NCBI RefSeq assembly: GCF_964204645.1
Contig: NC_134033.1
Location: 4,488,231 to 4,552,230 of the forward strand
Length of the DNA stretch: 64,000 bases
Direction of reading: 5' to 3'
From: Tubulanus polymorphus
Taxonomy: Eukaryota; Animalia; Nemertea
The notes below the pieces were generated by a model. It was not told where the DNA came from, searched no databases, and worked only from the letters and a program-made list of their open reading frames with translations. Each line of letters starts with the position of its first letter. The stretch's first letter is position 1. Both the position numbers and the translations under genes were made by a program. This document shows, in pieces, positions 14,801-26,703 of this stretch.

Positions 14801-16547
14801 TGTGTTTTGTAAAAATAACTTGATTCGATATCTCGCTTGTCTCTGGTTTCTGAACAAGAATCACGTGCTGGTTGGTGTATTTAAGATGCTGATGTTTAGA
14901 TGTGTCGGGGTCAATGAAACCGGAATTGTAATAAAAACTGGGACATTCACTAATTATTCATGTCGTTTTCTACCATCAGCTGAAAATTTGGGAAAAAAGG
15001 CAATCGCTAAATATGTGACATCGATGCCGCTACCACCAGCCCTACTTTTGTTCAATTCTTCGCTGGTAATTTGTTTTTTGATTGTAAATTTCGTCCTTTT
15101 CATTCAGAGTTCGCCTGGTTACTACTGAAGAAAAGGTTTGCTCGAAAAACAAGGTCATTATAAATTTAACTTATAATATCAAACTTTCATATAACTTCCA
15201 TACGTTTTTTACGTGAAATATAGTCCCCGGATCCAACGCACAATTAATACCCACTTAACGTAGGGTAAAACAAAACAAACTTTTTTTCAAAAATTCATTT
15301 TTTTTTCTCAGACTGACCCAACCGTCCAGCCTAAACTGGGCCACACTGACCGGACCACACATGACTGGACCATGTCGATAGTTTACATCATTAGTGGAGT
15401 TATCGGTTTCCTCCTCATCATCGTTATTATCGTAGTCATCGTTTGCAGGTATTTACTAAACAAACACGGTAGATTTCTGAAGAGATTATAACTATGTCTG
15501 ATTGGACCGAAGTTCAATATCAAGGTCGATTGTAGAGCTCTATAACTAATGATAAGCGGTTGTCGTTAGTTCCAAGTCGAGTTTGTCGGTGACGTCATGT
15601 ATAAATGATAACGTAACCGCGCGCGTGTCTACTTACTTCGAATCGAACATACACGACAAATGTTGCTATTATATTGTGGGCTTTCCTGACAAAATGGCTG
15701 ATAACCAAAAAAACTAGTCACATTGGCTTTTTGTCACAACAAATAGCCGGTAACGAACGTGATTAAGCATTTTGATTGTTTAATTAATCGGAAAACAGGT
15801 TTTCGTAAGGTAGGCCTACTGGCAGTACATTGAACTGTTCAAATTCCAATAAAAAATGTCGGAGTTCCAATTTTCTCTAATTATTCTTCAAAGTAATGAC
15901 GACTTAGATAAACTCATAGGAATTGCAGAGACGGACCAATACACGAGCTTTTTATACGGAGTTAACTCTTCTTTTCAAGAAGTTTTTCTAGATGCGGGCT
16001 TTGCGGTAAATGATCTGAACAGTATGATCTCTGATCAAAATCTTACATTATTTCAACATTTCTTTCTCGCTCGATTTCTTCAGCGCAAAACTACCCATTT
16101 TTCAGACGCAGGCGACTTTCCAGTGGAGATCGTGTGGACACTACACCCGAGTCTACAACACCGCAGCAACAACTCGAGATGGTGCATGGAGTCAACGACG
16201 AGTTGAATGATGTCATAGATTCGGGTAACGAAACTGACATACCACACACCAGCAATCATAAAGTTACTACAGATCCGTGCGTGGATACTGAGGCCACAAA
16301 CAACAAATATACGACTCCTTATATGGATATGGGAGCAGGGGGAGACACGCATAGAGATCAGTTCTCGAATCCCGAACCTTTCGTGACGTATCATCAGTTA
16401 ACGGAAGATACTGTTGAGCCTGTGAAAGATGATATTCAACATTATTCTTACGCTTCTGTTGAATATGCTCATGATCAATTTCCCTTAAGGGCTGCCACTG
16501 GACAAACAGTAACTGATTGTACATACACGAAACATACTAGGTTTTAA
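11812..16547 (+). CDS. Spliced type I transmembrane Ig-superfamily receptor (~453 aa): signal peptide, 2 Ig-like domains, S/T stalk, TM, Tyr-motif tail
   Basis: Exons 11812-11896 (MKTRLFFIICTVLLQLGNLYITQTSGAE|gtaagt), 12328-12651 and 13305-13625 (phase 1-1, YTCK...W...FRCLV), 14629-14681 (DDSSSTQIPTTETTTFGS; donor weak), 15312-15448 (TM SIVYIISGVIGFLLIIVIIVVIVC) and 16106-16547 (RRRRL... tail with YMDM, VTYHQL, YSYASV). The joined length of 1362 nt is in frame. Confidence 0.8.
12788..13090 (+). repeat. HINE/Helentron-like insertion between the two Ig exons
   Basis: Starts tttttagccc...gggcta (hairpin) followed by gtccgt, and interrupts the duplicated intron sequence. End approximate. Confidence 0.4.
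14057..14157. mobile_element. ~100-bp MITE (Harbinger-like); related copy at ~45482-45578
   Basis: TIRs ccagttccacagtt / aactgtggaactgg with internal gagttaac repeats. Confidence 0.65.
14955..15275. repeat. Dispersed repeat; inverted diverged copy at ~59307-59600
   Basis: caattaatacccacttaacgtagggtaaaacaaaa at 15241 is the near reverse complement of ttttgttttaccccacgttaagtgggtattaattg at ~59307. Homology continues for ~300 bp, and the ORF track shows similar peptides (KYVTSMPLPPALL / KYVTSTLLQPALL). Confidence 0.8.
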
Positions 16548-17285
16548 TATATCGTTTCAATGGTTACAACATCTGCTAAATGAAATCTACTAACTACTTT
16601 ATCGCAACAATAATTGATTTCACATTTAGCATATGATAATCAACCAGGTGTCTAGTTTGGTTTGAGTCTCTGACTTGTGCAGCAGACGGATGGGGTGTCA
16701 GATCCGTCCACATCACTGCACCACGCGACTGATGAACTGGGCTGTCCATAACATTCTCCCTTTAAAAAGGACATCACCGAGAAATATCGTTAATCTTTAG
16801 CAAATGTTTACTATGGTCGAATTATATTCAAACTGTAAATTGAAATTCCAATGATTAATCTTCAAAAATTAATCTTAAAATCGTTACCTTAAATAGAGTA
16901 AGCATGAAGTCAAATAGTCATTTGTAGCTTAACTAGATTTTTTTTAGCAAGTATGAGCTTTGTCGAAAATTTGATAATGTTTATAAGACAAGGAATGCTT
17001 TACATAGATAAAAAAGATTTTCAACAAGGATAGACACAAAATAGATATAATTGTCGAACAGATATGTAAATAGATATAATATAGTATTATGTACAATCAG
17101 ACTTTGTGCTAAAAAACCATCGTGAAAATTACAGCTGGCATCAACTGTGTGTAACGAATCCCAAAAGAAGAGAAAGATAAAGTTAGAAAAGTCACTTTTT
17201 ATGTTAATAGTTCATTGGTTATCTCGCTTGCCGCAAACTCTTAACGTTTTTGGCATCGTTTGACAACTATGACGTCATGCCAATG

Positions 17286-20200
17286 CTAGTTAAATTGTTC
17301 GAAAGTCGTAGTAAAAATAACGCCGACGCTTCTGATTTTCGTAGTAACTACAAATTCATCTTCTGAATTGGGACAATCTGATCGACCATCGCACACGTGT
17401 CTAATCGGTATACAGTAAGACGATGGACATTTCACTGTACCAGCTGGACATTCAAACTCGTTACAATTCAGTAAATGTTCGAGTCTTCTACAAACAGGAA
17501 AACCTGTCGGCATTCTTTCTAAAATACATCTTTCTCTCCTCGCGTAACAATGAGGAGAATCGAATGAACATCTTTGTTTATCCGATTCGGTACAGAGTGA
17601 AGTGAAATTGGTCGTGCAGTAGTTCTCTGTAGTGCAGTGAATTTGTGGTTTAATCGTTATGTTGGTTGTTACTATTTCATCTTCTTCGAGGTCCCCGCCA
17701 CAATCTACAACACCATCCCGATATAACAGAGAACTGATACATTCGCCATTAACGCACAAAAACCCGTTACATTCATCCGAAGAGCAGCCGATCTCATCGG
17801 ATTTATCTTGACAATCAAGCAGTCCATCACATCGTTTATATTTACCCACACATTGTCCGTCGTTACACTTAAATTGATCAGAGGAACATAAAATATGATA
17901 GCACGAGTTCTCATCCGAGCCATCGACGCAATCTCTCATAAAGTCACAGAAACCGCTAATCGATATAACCTGTCCATCGTTACAGCGGAACTGACTGTGT
18001 AAATTGATATCCGTACAATCGAGTTCATCTTCACCGTGTTGACAGTCGTTTCTGGTATCGCATACGCGATGGTCGCTGATACATCTTTGATCGTTACATT
18101 CAAACTGCCACGATTTACAACCGCTTATAGAAGCTAACTCTTCACCAGTTACATCATAGGAACATAGCACGGAATGCGCTTCACCTGTGACATTATCGAA
18201 GGCAGTCACTGACCATTTCACTGTTTGAAAATATGTTATCCAATCTCTAATTACAACTGGTTTTATTGCCATAATTCTTCCGCTTGTATGATTAGTCAGT
18301 ATAGCGCCATATTGATGCTCATAGTGGAAAACATTTATCAAATACTGGATTTCAATATCAGATGTTATTATACCTATGTCTCCACCGATTGTAAGACACA
18401 TTTCTCTAGCTGTTTGGATTGTTAAACTTTCAGTATGGAGCGTTTGCCAGGCTGTAAGTATCTGATAGCAATGCGCTTCTATAGGAATCCATCCTCTTAG
18501 ACACGTGGAGTTAAATCGTTCAAAGTTGTTCCGCTTTATGCCAGTTGTATCGTTTTGTGAAGATGCATTAAAATCGTTTCTTTCTGTTTCACAAATGAAT
18601 GTCGTGTGCGTCTCCTCGATTTGACACGGGAATCGAACCCAGTTCGCCGATCCTCGAGGATTATTCAGTATCATCGCCGTACACGGCATATTGACGTCAT
18701 TTATCGGTTGTTTTCTTAGCGGAGATATCAATCCTCGAATAACTTCTGGTATCGTTTCATTAACAGCAGCGGGTTCGAACCATTCTGTGTAACTGAACGG
18801 TTTTCCATCAGACCACGAGTAATAACCACTGGACTCCTTTAAAAACAAACACTTGTTTTACATACATTGGTGAAAACTTGTTTTGGATTATTTTCTGTGT
18901 TCTAAAAATTTTTGGAATAGCTTTTAATCCCTTATATATACACATGACAAGAACAAAAATCATAATCATCAAAGCTCAATTAGATGATTAATATTTGATA
19001 TGTATTTTACCTGCCATCTCAATCCAATCATCACAATAAGCGCCGCCTGTGAATATGCCTCATGAAGCAGTTTTGTAGCGAAAAGCTTTTTTACGGCCAT
19101 CATTTCACGTTGAGAGTTGATACTGAGAAGATGTCCACCATATTTCTGTTGACAGTAAATTTCAGCGTTCTCCCAATTCAGACGTTCATGTTTAATGTAT
19201 CTAATACACGAAACGCCTGAATCTATAAAATCTGATCGGCAGCCATTAATTCGATGTTTCAGTAAAGGCGATTGTTCTGAAGTGTATTGAATTCGAAATA
19301 TTGGCATGTACCTTGGCACCTCAAAATACAAGTCATACCCGAGTAGACTGTACAATACAAGTCCTGCTACTGCGTTATTTTCACATATTGTTGTTGTATG
19401 ACGGGTTTCTGTAAACGTGGAAAATAAATTGTTCGGATCATCAAATATTTTGATAATTTGAGTTAGTAATATTGATCCCCTTTTGCTGGTACCAACAGAT
19501 TCGGAGCATGATGTTTGTCCGATAAATTTAAACAGGAATCTGATGTAACGATTGATATTTTTGTCATTAGGATAAGAAAAACTAAAGAATATAGTTGAGG
19601 AGGTTGATAATCCAGGGAAGTTCGGTGACTGCACGAGTCCACAATCTACAGCGTTCCTTGAAATTCCACCCATAAACCCTGGAAGCACTTGCATTATCTT
19701 TAATTTCTGACATTTACGTCGTAATACAATCATTAGTGGTGACCTCCAGAATTCATATTTAGTGCGCAATAATTTCAAATGGTTTATTACGAGACTGGTA
19801 TTTAACACTTGACTATTGAGACTTGTCGTTGAACACGGATTCATAGCTGTACGATGACATCTGTCAATTTGATATTCGTGTTCTGATAATACATCAATGT
19901 TTTCTATCTGTAGGCGTCGATTTTCAGGTGTGATCACTAGACAGTATGACGTCATAGTGATCTGACGTTCTCCTTCCTGTAGAACATAACCGTCACAATC
20001 AGTAGGAGCAAACTTGAGGAAACCAGTTACTAGTATATCATCCATGTTGTAAGCGTATGCTACTACAGTAATCGGTCCACCTGATGTAATCAGGCTGACG
20101 ACAGATCGACCGTAGAATGAACCAGGACAATACGGACCATAGCGTCTAGCTGTAAAATTTCCACCATCAAATATATAAAAACCAGCTCGATCACAGTTTT

Positions 20201-21802
20201 CTGATAAGACTGCTAGTTTAATGAATTGCTCATAGATGTCGACCTTCCAGCTGAGTGCAAATCTACTGATACGATATTGTAACTTCCCTTTCGAATAGCG
20301 GGGGGACAGACTCTTATAGAACACTGAATGACTATTTCTAACCTACAATAGATGCAAACATAGGGTAAATCATCGGTATTCAATTAATGTTCATTGCTTC
20401 TTTCCCTTTGTCATTTAACCGAAAAATATTGCGACTTTGCCGTTAAAGGGTCAATGACTTATGTTCGATCAATTTCACAAATTACGATTTATATAATTTT
20501 TACACGTTATTTCATCGTCATCAGACAAATTCAAATCAATACAATAAATCTAAAATATATTACCATGCTATTTTAACTCACTTCTCCATCTTTCACTTTG
20601 ACGTCTGTTTCCTTCAATGATTCTATTTTGTATTCGATCGATGTTGAATTCTTAAACGAATTTCCGTAAAGATTCTCTGATAACAGTAAACACAATATCA
20701 CGAGAAATCCGTCAGATTTTACGCCTAACGACTGCAGGTAGTTTTCGCGGAGTAAAATATCAGTTCCGACAACCGTTAAACCTTCCAGTTTATAAACACC
20801 GATGACGTCACCGGAAGTTACGAGATCACGTGTCCAGTTGAAGACGACGTACTGCAGTATTTCAGCTGTGATAGACCAGCAGTATAAGCGTTTAGACCGA
20901 GTTATTACGTGCGGCCTATCACCAGGAATGAGCACTCCGGATTTGTTTTTACAGATCGGAATCGATGGATTCGAAATATTCCAATCTGATATTCTATACT
21001 TTTTAACGGATAGATTAGTTTTGAGAGGCAGCCGGGCTGAAAAAGTGATGATAGCTTTGTTAGTTTTAGTGTAAATAGAGATGGGCGGATGTCCGGTTTG
21101 TTCCCGTATATTCATTATAGGTTCACTTGTGTTCCATCCGTCATAAATTTGAACGGTCAGATTTAAACCTGGTTGTTCTAATCTTAAGTCTATTTTCTCA
21201 AAAGTCAGATTCATGCCAAAACCCTTTGATATCCCGGACCACTCGAGCTGCAGGAAACTACAAAATATTCCAAACATGTTGATAGCAAATTTATAACCAA
21301 TTTTAAAAGTTTGCAATTGTTTTATTCGGTTGGACGAACAGTGGTGAACAGTTTTTAGATGATTTTCCTCCAAACGATAAAATACATAAACTCGACATCC
21401 TTTCACAACATCATTTACATCACTCTTAAACATCAACGATAATGAATTACTGCGGTAAATATCTAATTGTTTTCCAGCACCGCACAGTAAGTTATCAGAA
21501 TCGCTGATGCGAAGATAGTTATCTCTACAGAATATAGACGGCTCGATGTCGTAGTAAAGATGGACGCGAAAGCTACCCGGTAAAGAGCTGTTGACGAACC
21601 AACGACATTCAACACCGCGCGTAAACGACGGATAATTCGGTGAAACGATGTAACCGGACGTAGAATCGAGTGAAAACCACGTATTGTTACACCGTGAACT
21701 GACAGTTACAGACGGTTGATCGGTAGAGATCCGATCAGTCGTCTGAACCGACGACAGTTTCATTAGTAGAATGAGTAATAACGTTAAGAGACTGCGCGTC
21801 AT
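17286..21802 (-). CDS. GRL101-like copy A: 3'-truncated but open, predicted secreted CUB-CTL-LDLa protein (~1367 aa) with no LRR or 7TM
   Basis: Exons 21802-20582 (signal peptide MTRSLLTLLLILL; CUB GYIVSPNYP...CRW), 20342-19011 (CUB-like IFDGG..YGPYC; CTL start) and 18836-17286 (CTL end WSDG, second CTL-like domain, ~6 LDLa). All introns are phase 0 GT-AG. Homology to copies B/C stops at ~17352 (SEDEF), followed by a short novel tail and a stop. Confidence 0.8.
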
Positions 21803-21839
21803 GTTGACATTCTCCTCGATCAGTTTAACTCTAACCACA

Positions 21840-23490
21840 TCGAATAGATTTTAATCCAATTAATGTTGGGCGTTTCCGAGTGAGAGAGAGAGAGCGGTAG
21901 AGAGGATGAGTCAGACTACATGGCGCTCACTAAAAATTAAATTCGATAATCTACGAAACCGAGTAATTATTAGCGAGATTAAAAATCTAATTCGATATTC
22001 AGTGCCTAGTCATTTCTATATTTATATATCTACATACAATTTCAAAACGTCCTCCGTCCAGTGGTAAACCGCCAACGCTACTGCGGCAAGCGAGGATTCA
22101 GCGATAATCCTCCAGGTGTTGCTAGTGGCACTGGGTTACCGCACTGCAAATTTATTTTTCACAAGAGACCCGCGCATGCGCAGCAATAAACACCACGACT
22201 ATTTTATGATCCCAATTTTGATCGTCGATAGAAAATGGCGGCTTTTTTGATAGTATTTATTCTTTCTAAGGGCATAAGATTCACACTAAGGTCCAAAGGG
22301 TCAGAGTTAGGTTAGGGTTCGAGTAGGCTTAGGTTTAGGATTAGCGTTTTAACGGGAAAAATGATAGGTAAAAATGTAATAAATGTAAGTATAGTTAAAA
22401 GTTGCTTAGCCTTCACTCGAGCTTGTGTGTTCGAATCCAATTTTCAAAATATCAATTTCCAATTTTCCAAGAGGATGAAACATACTGAAAAACTGATAAA
22501 GATAATAATTATCTAAGAAATGTTTTATTATGTTAATGTGATGATATCTTAACTGCCGAAAAGTGAACTATCTGCAATAAACGACTTTACACTTGCTCAT
22601 TCTTACCAGTAAGATCTGGGCGTATTGTAGATTCGTAATCATCTTTGAAATAAAGAACAACGCCAACACCCTTTACATCATTGGAGCGGCTTTTGAAAAT
22701 ACTATTGTAGCCAGGTAGTTTATAAAGATTATTGTTATGGGCATTATCATTACTCCAAGTCTCAGTAAGTGCTATGATAGAAAAATCGGATTTCATACAA
22801 TTGATGTAGTCAGTGAAAGAATCAAAATTTTTGTTGCAACTTCGAATATTAAAAGTGCAAGTTGAAAATTGACTTTTATCGAATTCAAAGTTATTTTCAT
22901 CATACTGACAATTAGAAAATCATTTCTGAAAATAATGCAGTTCAGCACCCTGGATTTTTATGCGCGCTTTAAAAAACTGACCACCGATTTTCATATCGCT
23001 CCCATGTCGCATTGTGGAAAATTTGAGATGCAAAGAACATCATTGAAAACTAGAGATTCATGCGGTTTAAATGTTATTACAACTGTCAAATTCCATCAAC
23101 GGACCAAGGAAACGTGATACAGGACAAAAGTACCCTAACAAAATGGCGGCTATAGTAACTGTACGTTTTTTGAACCTTGTTTTAACGAGTTCGGATATAA
23201 AGATTTATCAGTCATTACGAACCGTGAATTTCATCCCGAATCGGATAATTTCAATATATTCACACCGGATAAGCCCGGGTGACGATGGTTTGCAATCTCG
23301 GGGTACACGTTAAAAGAAGCCCCGTTTGGCAGGCGCTGTCTTTACTGTGGCTCATCGTAATATTTTCAAATATCGTATTATGTGTAATGTCTGATCGTGA
23401 TTTTTGTAAAGTGAAGCGGTTATCTTTTAAGCTGCACTGTAGAGGAAATATGTTATAATCATTCATCAATATTATCATCATTTTATTGGT
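21840..23490. repeat. Intergenic part of the tandem segmental duplication (paralog at ~38780-40433)
   Basis: Near-collinear sequence including (GA)n, a ttaggttagggtt tract, a LINE endonuclease fragment and the gene 3' flank. Confidence 0.92.
22587..22930 (-). mobile_element. Old LINE (CR1/L2 group) APE-endonuclease fragment, co-duplicated at ~39540-39860
   Basis: FNIRSCNKNF...FSIIALTETW...LPGYNSIFKSR...GVGVVLY motifs. Confidence 0.85.
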
Positions 23491-26400
23491 GAAACGGGTG
23501 GCCATGGTGACTTTCCTAATGATAAGTATTACTCATTAAATACTGTTAATGAATTATTTCGCACTTGTGATGCTAATTCTATTCTCTCTTTCCATACTAA
23601 TGTTCGTAGTATCAATAAAAATTTTAATGTTCTATATGACACTATACAAAGCTCAGATAAATTACCTATGTTCATTGGTGTCTCAGAAACCTGGGCCACG
23701 GATGGTAACGATAATGAGACTTTATATTATATGGAAGGTTATAATAGTAAGTTTTTTAATCGTCATTTTAATCATGCTGGAGGCGTTGCGCTTTATGTGG
23801 ATGATCGGATTAATTTTAAATTCCGCGACGACCTGTCAATTGAGAGTGACACATTTGAATTACTTATATGCGAGCTTTTCCTATCTAAAAACGAACGCAT
23901 TTTTGTAGGTGTTCTCTACAGGCAAAGCGGTCATTCTATTGAAGATTTGGTTACTGAGTTAAATGTGTCTTTAGAAAAATTGCCGAGAGACAATGCATTT
24001 ATTATGGGTGATTTTAATATTGATTTACTTAAACACAACACGGACCATCATACTGAAGACTTTTTGCATAACATGGTATCTTTATCGCTTCAGCCCTTAA
24101 TAACTAAACCGACACGGATCACGGAACACTCTGCTACCTGTATTGATCATATGTACACGAATGTTAACGCTGAACGGCTGTCTAACCTCGGAATTCTAAC
24201 GACAGATATCTCGGACCACTTTTCTACCTTTACGATCCATAACCAATATTTTAAAGTCAATACTGCGCATAGTATACGTTATAGGTCATTCAATGAGCAC
24301 TCAATAAATAATTTTAATAATCTGCTAAGTCGTGTAGACTGGACGGAAGTTTATAATGAGGCCAATCCGGATAAATCGTACAACCTATTTTTAGATAAAT
24401 ATAAATTATTATATGACCAAGTATTTCCGGTTCGTGCTAAAACTATCAAACGAAATACCCGCAAGCCATGGCTAACATTAGGTCTTCTTCGGTCTATCAG
24501 AACTAAGAGTAAATACTACCGAAAATATAAAAGAACAAAGCGACCCTGTCATTTCGAACAATATAGGGTATACCGTAATAAGTTACATAGATTGCTTAGA
24601 GTTGCTGAAAAGCGTTATTATGCGGAATCCTTATTTAATGTGAAACATAATTTGAAAAAAACATGGGATGTCCTAATAAGTGTCATTGGTACTGCTAAGC
24701 AAAACCTCATTCTTCCTGAGTTCAAGACTGACAATGGGCGAAAATTAAGCTCACAAGAAATTGCTGATAAATTTAATTTCTTTTTTATTGATATTGGGAG
24801 AAGGCTTGCATCAAACATTCCCAGGGCTGATGTCTTACCAACTCAGTATCTACCAACCGATAGTCCCGATAGTTTATTTTTCAGGCCGATTATTCAAGAA
24901 GACATTTTTGCTATTGTAAACTCTTTAGATGCTGACAAAGGAGCTGGTCCTGATGATATAAAACCTAAAATTATTAAATGCTCAATTAATGAAATCGTGT
25001 CTCCACTACTGCATATATTTAATAGGTCTTATATTACAGGTATAGTTCCAGATGCACTTAAGATAGCCAGGGTTGCGCCTTTATTTAACTCCGGAGCTAC
25101 TGATAATATTACTAATTACCGACCAATTTCTGTTCTGCCATGTTTCTCTAAAATTCTTGAACGCCTAACCCATTGCCGTCTTATCTCGCATATTGATAAA
25201 AATAGAATTCTTTGTCCAAACCAATATGGCTTTCGTAAGAACCGTTCCACAGAAATGGCATTACTCGATTTCGCTGATCGCATTTCGAAACTTACAGAAG
25301 ACGGTTATCTAACAGTGAGTATTTTCATAGATTTGTCAAAGGCCTTTGACACTATTGACAACTCCATACTTTTAGATAAGCTGATACGATACGGTATACG
25401 CGGGATTGCGTTGGCCTGGTTTAGTAATTATCTATCTAATCGATATCAGTTTGTCTCTTATGATAGTTGTTCTTCAATAACACTTCCAATAAATTGCGGA
25501 GTGCCTCAAGGTTCTATTCTTGGTCCGCTACTGTTCATACTTTACATTAATGACATTATCCGTACATCTCATCTACTCAACTTTATTCTATTTGCAGACG
25601 ACACAACTATCTTTTTTAGTGATAAGGACCCAATTTGATTAAATGCCATCATTAATTCCGAATTGAGAAACCTAGTCATGTGGTTTAGAGCTAACAAGTT
25701 ATCTCTTAATATAAGTAAAACTAATTATGTAATTTTCGGCAATATCCGTGTTCCTCATGATTTTCGTATCAAAATTGATAATGTCACCCTTGTAAGGTGT
25801 CAAGAATCCAAGTTTCTTGGTGTTATAGTGGATGACAATCTTACTTGGGCTCCCCATATTAAAATGACGTCCAACAAAGTATCGCGTGCTATTGGCATCT
25901 TATATAAAGTACGTAAATCCTTACCAGCTTATATTCTCCCTACCATTTTTAATTCTCTAGTTTTACCTTATGGGGTGCCAACTATTCTATACGGCTACAT
26001 CATCTAAGTACTTTGCTTAAGCGGACAGTTCGTCTCATTTTTAATGCTCCGTATCTTGCTCACACTGCCCCTTTACTTAAAAAAAGGTAAAATACTTAAT
26101 TCAATTGATATGATAAGTACAGGTAGCTATCTTTATGTATAAACTCGTTAATAATCATTTACCAAATAATTTTAATTATATTTGTAACTTCAGGTTCTCA
26201 AACCAAGCTAGAGTATTAAGGAGCCGTAATGATTTGAGTGTTCCATTTTCTCGTACTACTAAGCGATCGTTCTCTATTAGTATCATAGGTCCAAAAACTT
26301 GGAACAATATTCCACTTGATATAAGGAATAAGTCCTCTGTTCAATCTTTCAAATTTCACTATAAGCGCCTCCTCTTGTCTCAATATTGATGTACTATAAT

Positions 26401-26703
26401 TACTCTTCTGCGTTGCCTTCTGTGTTCTCTAATCATTGTAATAGGGTGTAATCACTTTATGTCACCATCGCCACTATATATACTTGTAAACTCACATACG
26501 TAAAGATGTATATTTCTTACCTTATTTACTTGGTGAACAACTGTTTAATTTTTTTATGTTCGGGGATTCAACTGGACAATCCTATCGGATTTTTTGAATC
26601 CCCTGACAAACGTATGTTATAACGTTATAACCTGTTGTCCTTGTATTATAAATCATCATAGGTTTGTAAAATAAATGAAATGAAAAATAAATGAAATGAA
26701 ATT
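23491..26703 (+). mobile_element. CR1/L2-group non-LTR retrotransposon, 5'-truncated (ORF2: APE endonuclease + RT), inactivated
   Basis: HTNVRS, GVSETW, MGDFN, CIDH, SDH (EN); YRPIS, DLSKAFD, GVPQGSILGP, FADDT (RT). In-frame TGA at 25636-25638 and later frameshifts. 3' tail aataaatgaaatgaaaaataaatgaaatgaaa at ~26670-26701. Confidence 0.95.

Noticed and set aside
22305-22345. Interstitial telomere (ttaggg-like), also ~39267-39305
   Set aside because: Short and degenerate, embedded in a duplicated repeat; not a real array.
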